64,000 nucleotides of DNA, taken from contig CM120643.1 of NCBI GenBank assembly GCA_051362555.1, forward strand, positions 2,976,001 through 3,040,000, in the 5' to 3' direction. The DNA is from Lingula anatina. Lineage: Eukaryota > Animalia > Brachiopoda. A model generated the notes under the pieces. That model was not told the origin of the DNA, searched no databases, and was given only the letters and a program-made list of their open reading frames with translations. Of this stretch, positions 36,814 through 48,298 are shown piece after piece. Each line of letters begins with the position of its first letter. Within the stretch, counting starts at the first letter, position 1. A program made the position numbers and the translations under genes.

Positions 36814-38070
36814 ATGAAGAATACCACCCTAATGTTAAATGATACTTTGGTGGCTGACGCCTTTCCACTGAACGGATCAAACGAGACTATTCCCCCCTGT
36901 CAACGCATGAGCTGCATCGTCTTTATCACAGTGGAAGCCTTGATATCGCTGGTATCGGTAACGTCTAATTGTTTTGTCATTTTTGCGTTTTGGAAGTTCA
37001 AGTGGCTTCGGTCGAACACTAACATAGCCATTGTGAGCTTGGCACTGGTTGACGTTTTGACCGGTCTAATCAGCATGCCTTACAATATAGTCCTAGGGTA
37101 TCTCGTCGACATCTTTCCAGCATTGCATCATTTGGCCCTCAACAAGTACTTCTGCCTTGGAAAAATAGCGACACTTTGTACATTTCTTTCCCTTTCAATG
37201 CTCCTACAGACTCTGATTTCTTTTGAAAGATACATGAAGATATGCTGGCATATTCACTATCCCAGAGTTTTACCAAATAAGAGATTTTATTTCATCACTG
37301 GCATGTGCTGCTTGTATATGGTCTCTTTGAATTCTATACCCTTCATGGGCTGGAATAACTGGACTCCAGGCGTGGAATGCAGGGCGGAGACCTCTGTTTC
37401 AGGATTTCTACGCTTCATTTTAACACCACATGTCCCTGTTTCGCTAATGGTTGCTTTAGGTTTCTACATCGCGAAAGTCAAGAAGCAAAAGCAACAAGTG
37501 GGGCAGTATGGCAATTCTTTATCGCAAAGGCGGCAAACTGTTACACTGACAAACCAAACAGCCAGTGGTAGCGTGATGCCGATGTTTCCATCAGTTTCCG
37601 ACCCACCAGCTTCTCCGAACGCGACTAGCCGTCCCGGAGGAATAAATACAGTTTCAAGTGTCGTCCAGGGACCCAGTGTGGGAGGCGAAAGCGGGGTGCC
37701 TGGTCCCAGTGGTTTGGGGTCATTGGCAGCAGCTGCGTCTGAGGGTGATCCTTCCACGTCTCATATCCGCTCTAACAAGTCAAAAAGGATGAAAATCAAA
37801 TTACCGACAAGCGACACAGAGGCAAAGCTTGCAAAAATGACTGCAGTTACCCTCGGTAGCTTCTTTGCTCTGTATTGTCCATACCCGATAATATTGTGGA
37901 GCGAAAAATACTTTGAGAAGGGCAGTTTGACATTTGCTGTTCTTCGAAACATTGCCGTTGAATTAGCATCCTTAAGTTCAGCAATTAATCCGTTCATATA
38001 TGGTTTGATGAATTCCAATTTTAGGCGAGCATTTTTCAAAATGTTAAACTTGAAAACAGAAAGCATCTAA
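36814..38070 (+). CDS. Class A GPCR copy 4 (418 aa), chimeric
   Basis: Same motifs. N-terminus to TM3 resembles copy 5; the remainder resembles copy 3. A 9-bp in-frame deletion (IFQ) lies at 37473/37474. Confidence 0.95.
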   Translation: MKNTTLMLNDTLVADAFPLNGSNETIPPCQRMSCIVFITVEALISLVSVTSNCFVIFAFWKFKWLRSNTNIAIVSLALVDVLTGLISMPYNIVLGYLVDIFPALHHLALNKYFCLGKIATLCTFLSLSMLLQTLISFERYMKICWHIHYPRVLPNKRFYFITGMCCLYMVSLNSIPFMGWNNWTPGVECRAETSVSGFLRFILTPHVPVSLMVALGFYIAKVKKQKQQVGQYGNSLSQRRQTVTLTNQTASGSVMPMFPSVSDPPASPNATSRPGGINTVSSVVQGPSVGGESGVPGPSGLGSLAAAASEGDPSTSHIRSNKSKRMKIKLPTSDTEAKLAKMTAVTLGSFFALYCPYPIILWSEKYFEKGSLTFAVLRNIAVELASLSSAINPFIYGLMNSNFRRAFFKMLNLKTESI

Positions 38071-41000
38071 TTTCCCTTTTTCACCAAACGTGTATATTAA
38101 TTTTCTGGCCCAAGGTATTGTGTACATCTGTCAGTTAAAATGCACAATGGTATACTAAGTTCAATATTATGAGAACTGTTCCTTATATCAGAGGACTGCA
38201 CAATGAGTTCGATATTGATATTATCAATGAAAAAGTGATAGTGGCTTCTTATAAAAATGACTACTTGGCGTCACTTTCAGTTTCGCCCTATGAAGCTCAT
38301 TGGATCTGATTAAATTTCCATGCTCATTAATTCAGCAGTTAAAACGATTACGTTCTATACTATATTGATGTTAATGGGTGACTTAATTATTGTTTTTAGC
38401 TATTATTTTTATGACAAACTTGGTAAAATTTTCCCAATATATGTATTTTATATCTATACTTTTATTCAATTTTGATGAATACTTTAAAATATTTTGAAGA
38501 AACTTTTGCTGGACACCATTCCTTTTTCAATGCCATGCCTTGTTCTAATTCTCAAATTGATTATCCATATTGTCAATTTGCATGCGTCAGTGTCAAAGGG
38601 CTTAGTCCATCGCTCGACTCAGCTCTTTCTCGACGATCTACAAAAACAGGTTCCACAAGTGCGGTTATATCACCTTTAAGAAGATAATTGAATATTTTGC
38701 CATAAAAAAGCCTGTAGTTTTGTCTGTTGTTTTCTGCACTGTAGATTGGTTGTCATAGATCACATGGGAAGTACAAGAATGTGCTTGTAGGATTTTTTTC
38801 GGATAATTTATTTCATCCTGAAGGATGATAAACAGGTGTCTTCATATTGATCGAAAAAAATGGTTTCATATAATTGGTATAATCAGTGGCTTAGCAGTTG
38901 AGAGGTAGTTAAGTAAAAATGCAGCAGGCATTTCGTTGTAAATTTTGCTCATCAGCAGATGATAAATTCGTTAAATTTGTTCCAGTTGGCATGATGATGG
39001 AACCATAATTTTAGCAAACAGCATATAAGCTAATAGCATTGCTTTGTTTACGTCTTCAGACATAAACAGTAATACCCAAATTAACTTTCTTAGTTTCTTA
39101 GATTCGGTATCAGGTCACCCCCATCCCCACCCCCTCGGATAATTCCCCCCGCCCTGGTCAATCCTCCAATCATAATGAGAAATAACACTTTGATATTGAG
39201 AAAAATGTAATTATTAATGCGTGCCTTTAAACAAACTGTATGTCCAGGTTAAGGTGGAGTAAACATTTATCTCATTAATCCAGGTAATAAAGTTGATGAA
39301 GTAACTGCCAACATAAATAAACAACAACTTTCGAAACTTCTTTTCCTTTCTATACTGTTATTCAGAAAACTCGCTAGCAAAAAATACAATTAATATAACA
39401 TGTCACTCTTCTTTCTTTTATGAAATTAATAAAATGGCAAATCAGCAATATTAATATCTTAGCATCTAATGATTTAAAGTTATGTCTCCGGTCTGTTTAA
39501 GCACTTAAGTGAGCTTCCTGAATCTTGTAATTAATAACCAATACTTTTTTTCATTTACTATTTTGTTTTTCAATTCACTTACATAATGTATAAATGCCCC
39601 AAATAGATAATTCAAAACCGGTGTAACAGTAATCCAAGTCCCCCAGGAACCGAGGTCCAATTAGCACGTCCAATTAGGACGTGCATTACTACACGTAGGA
39701 CTTGCATTACTTGGTAGCCTTTGTCCTACGGACATTGAATCCTAGTAACGTATGTCCTAGGACTTCCATTCCTAGCAACGCATGCCTTAGGACTTGCATT
39801 CCCAGGACTTAGTGTCCGGGCGGACTTGCTTAACTAGGACGTGCACTCCTGCCACACAGGTCTATGTTCGTTCCTGGTGAGTCGGGTGTCTTGTGGGGTT
39901 GAAGAATATCGAGGGGGGGAGACGAGGAGGGGTTCTTGGGGGAGGATCAGGTAGCGGAGAAAATACCAGCAATCCTTAAGTTCCCACACTGTGCCTGCAG
40001 AGCACAGCTTTCACAACGGTATAGTAGTCAAAATTACTCCAAGATTTGACTACTTTTATCCCACAATCAGAAACAGTTTCAGAGATTTCTTCCGGCTTCA
40101 TATATGTGAAACAAAATTGTTTCATCCATGCTGTTGCAGTAATTTTAAAATATTCACTTTTTGTTATGGATAATTGATTCTTCATTACAATTCCCATCCA
40201 ACAGATGTTGGGAAATTCCTCATTTTGATTGATCATATCACATCATATCTATTCATTTCATTTATCTTTTGCTTGTTTGATGTGTTCAAAAATCTGATAA
40301 ATTGCCAGTTGCCTCTAACTGTTTTTTTTTTTAATATTGGACTACATGTATATGAGAAATGATTTTCACAATTCCCTTTATAAAGAGGGCATTTGCAAAA
40401 AAAAATAATAATAATAATAAATAAATAAATAAATAAAACATCTCCATTCAAGTTAAACTGCAATTGTCATAAGTTTATTTTTACAGATAAATGAGTGATC
40501 TGTTTCCTTATAGAAAGCGTTATATTATTGAGCACATGTAAGTCATGTAAGTCTTGGCAACACCGAGTGCTAAACATCTATGGAGATGGTGTAAATTACA
40601 AAAAAAATGACAAAAATGTCGAATGTTTAAGTTTAAAAAAAATCTGGCCAAGTTTTCAAGGGTTGTAAGTGCAAATCCAAAACAAGGCAGTGACATTTTT
40701 ACTAAGTCTAAAGTATACATGCCATTGATTGCTTACAATATATAGTTTTAAGTGTCATGCATGTATTCAAAACCATCAATGTGATTGCCTTCGTTGCATT
40801 TTCTCAGCTAACACAGTATAGAATCTTCACCATTACATCTGTCTGACATGATTTACCTGGCGCATGGCACGCTCGACTGTCTTCGTGATCAGGAATGAAT
40901 GTATATAAAAATAAATAAATAAATTTAAAAAAGTGCAAGTGCAATGTCTTTTTAATGTATACAAAGTGAGACACAGTAAAAATGTTATTTATTATCTTTT

Positions 41001-42688
41001 AAGGAATTGTATCAAATCGCTTTATGCCCACTGTGTAACAGAGGACAATGTAAATGTCTTGCCTATTTGTGATTAAATTTGATGATATGTGATGTGTAAT
41101 ACGAGATTCAGATGCCATGCATGCCAACGTCTTCACTTTTTAAATTTCAAAATATCTAATACGAAGAAGAAGTCATTAAGTATATGATCTTAAGATCAGG
41201 ATGTCAAATCACGGCGCAAACAATACATATCATCATTACATGTCATTAATACAATATAATAAATAAAAAAAGGGAGAATTCAACTCTTATATACCGCACT
41301 ACTGATACGTCTCGGTGCAGTTTACAGACGCCTGGTCATTTTTGGTCTGACTGGCTCTGGGTGTTGACGCTACTGCCCCCCTGCCCCCCCACCCCTCCCC
41401 GGGGAGGTTATAGCCCAGCATGCCACATGAAGCGGTGAAAGCTTGCAAACGAAAATATCCTGTCATTAAGAAGGTATATATTGTTATTATTGGGTAGTCT
41501 CGCTATATGTTTTGTTGTATCATTGTGTCATATTGTGTTATTTCGTTTTGCCTGGAAAGGCTGTTATATCCGATCCTCAGACGAAGTTGAGACCACGTTT
41601 TCCAGCTTCGTAGGCGGGCACACCAACCACTATGCCATCCGATACAGGCGGATGCTGACGATCACATCGTCCAAAACGAATGACTTCTCGAGTTTATCAA
41701 AATTTTGGAAGTGGGCACTTCTTTCAGGTTGTTATTCTACTTCTTGGATGATGGACCCCTCCCTTTCCAAAATCCTACACCCTCTATGAATATAATGCTT
41801 TCTACGCACCAGTTATCTTTCAGGTCTAAAGTAAAAATATAGTTGGATACATTAATAAGGAATCAGAATAAAAATGCACTTTAATACCATGATAGACCGA
41901 AAACATGGCCTAGGCCTAGACTTGTAGGGAGGTTTTAGCCATTGCTTCCCTTAATTACAGGATTTTGGCAGAAACCACTTGGTACTTAATAGACATGTTT
42001 AGAATTGTATCAAGTTATTGCAAAGAAGTCCACTAAGTATAGAGCAGGCTGTTTCACGCATTTAGCAGCTCCCGGCGTTTAGTAGTTCCACACGTTTAAC
42101 AACATCGTATGTTTAGCCAATGTGTTTAGCCTTGCGATAAACTTATTACAGAATGATACATGTATATACCGGTGAAGCTAAACGCATAGCTAAACGTGTA
42201 ACACTGCCAAACATGTATAGCATTTTCTTATGTGAGAAGCTTGAGAAGATATACGTGTTTAGTTTTTACACATATTTCTAAACGCGTTCAGGTACTAAAC
42301 GTGTGTTATATGTGTTTAATAGCTAAACACTGTTTTTACAGTGTAACAACACAACAGTACATGTTATCACGAATTTAAAGTTTCACAAAAAGCTAAGATT
42401 AAAAAAGAAAGACGTAGACACATGCTGTATGTTTCTTCATGTGGTATAAATATTTTCTTATTATTTGTCAAACGAAATATAATTAACGGTCTTTGTATTT
42501 ACGAAGTCACGTCTTAATAATCTTGTGGTTATCTTTGTCACGAATGAAAATTCCAGCAAACGTAATTACTACAGGAAAATTACATAGAAGTGCAAATGTA
42601 ATATTCATCATTGCTTTCGCACATAGAGTGAGGAGAACTTAGGAAGAAGCGTTGAGCACACCAAGAGAGCAGGTTTGAAAACCAGAAA

Positions 42689-44158
42689 ATGAAGAATACC
42701 ACCCTAATGTTAAATGATACTTTGGTGGCTGACGCCTTTCCACTGAACGGATCAAACGAGACTATTCCCCCCTGTCAACGCATGAGCTGCATCGTCTTTA
42801 TCACAGTGGAAGCCTTGATATCGCTGGTATCGGTAACGTCTAATTGTTTTGTCATTTTTGCGTTTTGGAAGTTCAAGTGGCTTAGGTCGAACACTAACAT
42901 AGCCATTGTGAGCTTAGCACTGGTTGACGTTTTGACCGGTCTGATCAGCATGCCTTACAATATAGTCCTAGGGTATCTCGTCGACATCTTTCCAGCATTG
43001 CATCATTTGGCCCTCAACAAGTACTTCTGCATTGGAAAAATAGCGACACTTTGTACATTTCTTTCCCTTTCAATGCTCCTACAGACTCTGATTTCTTTTG
43101 AAAGATACGTGAAGATATGCTGGCATATTAACTATCCGAAAATTTTACCAAAAAAGAGATTTTATTTCATCACTGGAATGTGCTGCCTGTATATGGTCTC
43201 TTTGAATTCTATACCCTTCATGGGCTGGAATAACTGGACTCCAGGCGTGGAATGCAGGGCGGAGACGGCAATGGCAGGTTTCGTGCGCTACGTTGCAACA
43301 CCGCATATCCCAGTTTGTCTGTTGGTTGCTTTAGTTTTCTACATTGCAATATTTAGAAAAGTCAAGAAGCAAAAACAACAAGTTGGGCAATATGGCAACG
43401 CGTCTGAGGACACACTATCGCAAGGGTTGCGAAATGTAACACAGAAAAACCAACCAGCTAGTCACGGCATGGCGCCGAAATTTCCATCAGCTGCTGGCCC
43501 ATCAGCAGCGCCCAACGCGACTACTAGCCTCGAATGTATAAATACAGTCTCAAGTGTGGTTCCGGGACCAAGTGTGGAAGGCAAAAGCGGGATTTCTGGT
43601 CCCTCTGGTATAGAGCCAATGGCAGCAACAACGTCTACTGGCGATCCTTCTATGTCTCATATCCGCCCTGACAAGTCTAAAAAGGTAACAATCAAATTAC
43701 CGACCAGCGTCACAGCGCCCAACGCCACTACAAGTCTCGAATGCATAAATACTGTTTCAAATGTGGTTCTGGGACCAAGTGTGGAAGGCGAAAGCGGGAT
43801 TTCTGGTCCCTCTGGTATAGAGCCAATGACAGCAACAACGTCTACTGGCGAGCCTGCTACGTCACATATCCGCCCCGACAAGTCTAAAAAGGTAACAATC
43901 AAATTACCGACCAGCGACACAGAGGCAAAGCTTGCAAAAATGACTGCAGTTATTTTGTGTAGCTTCTTTGCTCTGTATTGTCCATATCCAATAATATTCT
44001 GGAGCGAGAAATACTTTGAGAAGGGTAGTTTGACCTATGTTGTTCTTCGAAACATTGCCGTTGAATTATTATCGTTAAGTTCAACAATTAATCCATTCAT
44101 ATACGGTTTGATGGATTCCAAATTTAGGCAAGCATTTTTCAAAATGTTAAAATGCTAG
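42689..44158 (+). CDS. Class A GPCR copy 5 (489 aa) with duplicated ICL3 segment
   Basis: Same motifs. A tandem duplication with 207-bp period spans 43506-43916. Confidence 0.96.
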   Translation: MKNTTLMLNDTLVADAFPLNGSNETIPPCQRMSCIVFITVEALISLVSVTSNCFVIFAFWKFKWLRSNTNIAIVSLALVDVLTGLISMPYNIVLGYLVDIFPALHHLALNKYFCIGKIATLCTFLSLSMLLQTLISFERYVKICWHINYPKILPKKRFYFITGMCCLYMVSLNSIPFMGWNNWTPGVECRAETAMAGFVRYVATPHIPVCLLVALVFYIAIFRKVKKQKQQVGQYGNASEDTLSQGLRNVTQKNQPASHGMAPKFPSAAGPSAAPNATTSLECINTVSSVVPGPSVEGKSGISGPSGIEPMAATTSTGDPSMSHIRPDKSKKVTIKLPTSVTAPNATTSLECINTVSNVVLGPSVEGESGISGPSGIEPMTATTSTGEPATSHIRPDKSKKVTIKLPTSDTEAKLAKMTAVILCSFFALYCPYPIIFWSEKYFEKGSLTYVVLRNIAVELLSLSSTINPFIYGLMDSKFRQAFFKMLKC

Positions 44159-46740
44159 GGGATTAGATCACCATCACTCAAAAGTACAACACATTTCATG
44201 TCCCTTTTTTAACCAACCTGGTATCTTACGTTACTAATCGCTATGTAATCTTTAATAAGCGTGAGGTATTCTGGAGAGATATACCGTGAAAAAATTCAAT
44301 GGAATACATATTATTATATGATGGCATCCCTATATGATATCACAAATAGAATTAGAGGTCTGGAAAATGAGTTTGATATTGATATTTTCAATGAAAAAAA
44401 TAATGATAATTTTCATTGAAAAATACTACTTGGCGCCACTATCAGGTTCAATCCAAGGAGTTGGATATGGTTCAAGGTCATAAATACCACAGTTAAAACA
44501 TCTCTGTTCTTTTGTGATATGACAGAATGCCGTATGTAGACCAATGTAAAATGTAAAATGCATGTGCTACGGAGATCCCAGTCGAATCAAGCCAAGATAA
44601 ACATGCATTATTTCCATTAGCTAAAAGACCAGGAAGATTTGTTGTCAGTTATAACAATTATAGAGATAACAATGTCACTTAATGTGAGCATTTATTTTTA
44701 TTATAAGCTATACACTTACTTCGGTATAAGTGCACATGTTATATATTGGGCGCCTATAACACCAGTATATATATAACCATTGTTATTTAATATGCGTATA
44801 AGTTATAATTCTTTTGTGGCCATAGTGACAGTGGTATATTTATTTACAACTTAATCAAAAGCATATGCTATATATTCCACACAGGTTACAATATGTTTTG
44901 AGGATACAAAAAAATCAATATCCTAAATTCAAGTACCTACGCTTACTGTTATCCATGGGCGAATGTTTTTAAAGTCATTTTATTAACTTAGTTTTCAATT
45001 ACAATCACAGCTCGTAGTCTTTCTGAGATATAACCAAAACAGCCAAAGAACAGCAGTCGGTTGGCAAAGCAGACCAACTCACTTTTTCCTTTAACATTTC
45101 TACACCCTAAAGAGGTCAATATACCCCACGGGATTATATAAAGGCTTCAATTTTTTAAAAACTTTTTCAGCTCAAAGAGATTTGCCTTTTTCGTCTGTAT
45201 TTAAAATCAGCTATCATTTGTCTCAGTGCCTTTTCAATATTGAAAATTTCAATGTCAAATCTGACAATATAATAATAGCACAGGGCCAAAGGAAGAGTGA
45301 TCATTTTAAAAAATATAAAGAATCAGAATTGCTTTAGCAAAAGAAAAAATCAAAAATGGTTTAATTATGTATTTGTATTTTCTTTATATGAAATATGTGA
45401 GAGGAAGGGTATTCAATATCATGTAATTCATTTACAATCTACATGTATAAGTATGATCTGTAATATACTGATGTTGTTGTATAACTAATTGTTATGTTAT
45501 TTATGTTCTTTATTATTTTATGACAAATTTTCTCCATTTACCCAATATTTCTATTTCATGTTTATAGTTTTATTACCATTGGGACAAGTCACATATCCCT
45601 GCAATTTTGATGAAAACATCAAAATATTTGAAGTAGCTTTAACTAGATACTTTTCATTTCATTTTCATTGCCAAACCCTGTTCAGATGCTTTAAGTTGTC
45701 TACCGTTGTGACGCTATTGTCAACACGTCATAGATGTAATCGAAGGGCTTAGCTCATCTCTAGACTCAGCTTTTGCTCCATGATCTACTAAAAGAGGCTT
45801 TTCAAGTGCTGTTATATTAACTCTTAGAAGATAATTAACTGAATAATTTGCCGTTTACATGCAAGAAGAAGCTGTGCTCTCAGAGGCGTAATTTTACCAC
45901 CTGTTTTCTGCACGACAGATTGGTCTTCACATTGAGCGAAGAAATGGATTTATAGAAATGGTTTAAACAAGGGCTGATCATGAAGGGATAGTTAAGTTAA
46001 AATTTTTAAAAGCTGTAACACGGCATTTCGCTGTAAATTTTGCCTATCAGCAGGTGATTTAAAATTCGTTCGCACTAATATGATGGTTTGCAATATTCTA
46101 AATGAAACATGATGTTGTTTCTATAAAAGTCATTAAGTAGGTCGATATTCAGATAGTGGCTATTACTACCTCTAGGTGCATCGCGGCATAATTGCTACTG
46201 AATTATAGCGGATCACCACAGGCGCACTTACCTGCCAATAAACACTGACGTCACCCGGGTTGTTTCTCTAAAAAAAAAGCAGCGGAAATATTTTTGTTTT
46301 GTGGTGTGGATATGGGTAAAAGTATAATTTATTATATAATATGCTCCGGCGCTCACGGTTACCATAGGTTATTTGGTTTTACAAATTTAATTAAAATCGT
46401 ATTCTATATATTCCATACTGGTTGCATAATGCCTTGAGGATACAAAAATTAATATCCTTAATTCAAAGTACGTACAATTACTGTTATTCATAGGTGATTA
46501 TTTTAAAAGTAATTTTGTCAACTTGGTCTTAAATTTCAGTGCAAGCAGCTCATTGTCTTCCTGAGATCCATGTAAAACAACCAAATAACAGCAGTCAGCT
46601 GGTAAAGTAAAATTATCTTCCTAACAAAATCGATATAAAATAATAATCGTTCATCATAACGTTAATTTGCAACGAAAGTACAGTAATACGCAGTACAGTG
46701 TATATAATTACACAATGCGGTACAGTGCTGCATGTAAGAA

Positions 46741-47175
46741 AAGGTAGACGCCTGGTCATTCCAAAGGGGATATCTCGACTCCCTGGGGAGGATACAGCCC
46801 AGCTGCCGTAGGAAGCGCTGAAAGTCAGCATGCTTACAATCTCTTTGGCTTCATTCACATGCAATGTCTATTTTCTAAATTCTATTTTCTATTCGCGGTA
46901 TGTCTTATGATCACGGTCTGTGCCCTGAATATCCCGCGGCGTAATTACTGGCAGCGCGAGCCAGTTACTTATACGAAGCTGTAATTAATTCTCGGCTGTG
47001 CTCGCGCTGCCAGTAATTACGCCGCGGAATATTCAGGGCACAGACCGTGATCATAAGACATACCGCGAATAGAAAATAGAATTTAGAAAATAGACATTGC
47101 ATGTGAACGAAGCCTTAACCAGGATCCCTCCTTCAACCCCTTAGTGCAGAGTGCCAATCGTGGAGAAAGTAGGTA
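46741..47175 (-). mobile_element. SINE remnant (possible Meta-SINE-type central domain) interrupted by a MITE
   Basis: ctccctggggaggatacagcccagctgcc lies left of the MITE. On its right, the minus strand reads AAATTTATAAACGGTACCTACTTTCTCCACGATTGGCACTCTGCACTAAGGGG, which resembles conserved invertebrate SINE bodies as I recall them. Truncated paralogs at ~1921 and ~17932. Confidence 0.5.
46847..47114. mobile_element. 268-bp foldback MITE (PIF/Harbinger-like termini)
   Basis: Arms of ~114 bp with about 2 mismatches: GGCTTCATTCACATGCAATGTC... / ...GACATTGCATGTGAACGAAGCC. Flanks are TTT and TTA. Confidence 0.9.
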
Positions 47176-48298
47176 CCGTTTATAAATTTTTCACGGGGTA
47201 AACGCGTCCCCCCCCAATTTTTGCTATTTTGATTTGGGCCATTTAAGTGTCATATTATGTTTTAAAATTTTACACTGTTCCAGATAAGTCCAACAAGAAG
47301 CGATCCATGCACTCTGAATGCGTTTTTAAATCCAATAACTTGCGTCTTTATTATAAATTATGTATTTAAAGCGATCAGTGTGTTGGCCAATCAACTCCCT
47401 TGTCATAGTTGTGAAGAGCGCGGTTATCCTCTTGAATTTTCTCAACTAACGCATTTCAGAATCTTCGCCGCCACTTTTGTGTGGTTTACTTGATGGAGAG
47501 CCCGCTCGGGTGTCGCTTTTACCCGTTAATGCTTCTGACAAACTGGTCAGAATGACTTATATTGTAAACCTAGTTAACCTTAATTAAAGTCATTTTATTA
47601 GCTTTTTATCAATTAAATGAAATCGCCATATGTGTGCAATGTGACAAAGGGCAATTGTACTGCTAGCCGATATGTGATTATCTCTGACGATATGCGATGT
47701 CAGATGCCATGCGTGCCAGCGTCTTCATTTTTAAATCTCAAGCCATATGATACAGAAAAGAAGTCCTCAAGCATATGATCTTACACTTACAGTCGCGTTC
47801 TCAAATCAACATCTCAAAGAATTGGTATCCGTGCTTCATTCCTTGAAAGAAAACACTAGGCTTAATAACGTATAAAATAAACCTCAATAATACACGCAAC
47901 CTCGAATTTTAGGTTTTGTTAAAAGCTAAAAGAAAAAAGAAAAAATTAGCAAATACAATAATACTACATGCGATAGTGGACCTACTTTCCTTTCATTCTG
48001 TCAAACGAAATACATGTATCAGTGTTTTATATTGAAGCCACCACTTGTCAATCATCTTTGGGTTATCTGATAAGCAAATGAAAAATCCAGTAGGGGCAGA
48101 AACCACGGGGAATCGAAGCACTCGAGCATCAGAGACCGTGGGTGGTTTTGAAGTCAAGGACAAATTCAGGTATATATGCATGGATAACAAAGACGTTGCC
48201 AATTGAACATTCAGAATTGCTTCCGCTCTCTGAATTTGGTGAAATCAAGACGAATCGCTGAACGCACACAGAGCGCTTGTAGATTTGAAGACAGGAAT

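Noticed and set aside
48203-48298. 32-aa N-terminal extension of copy 6 in the ORF track
   Set aside because: Begins at TTG and corresponds to the 5' leader of the other copies. The ATG at 48299 aligns with their starts.
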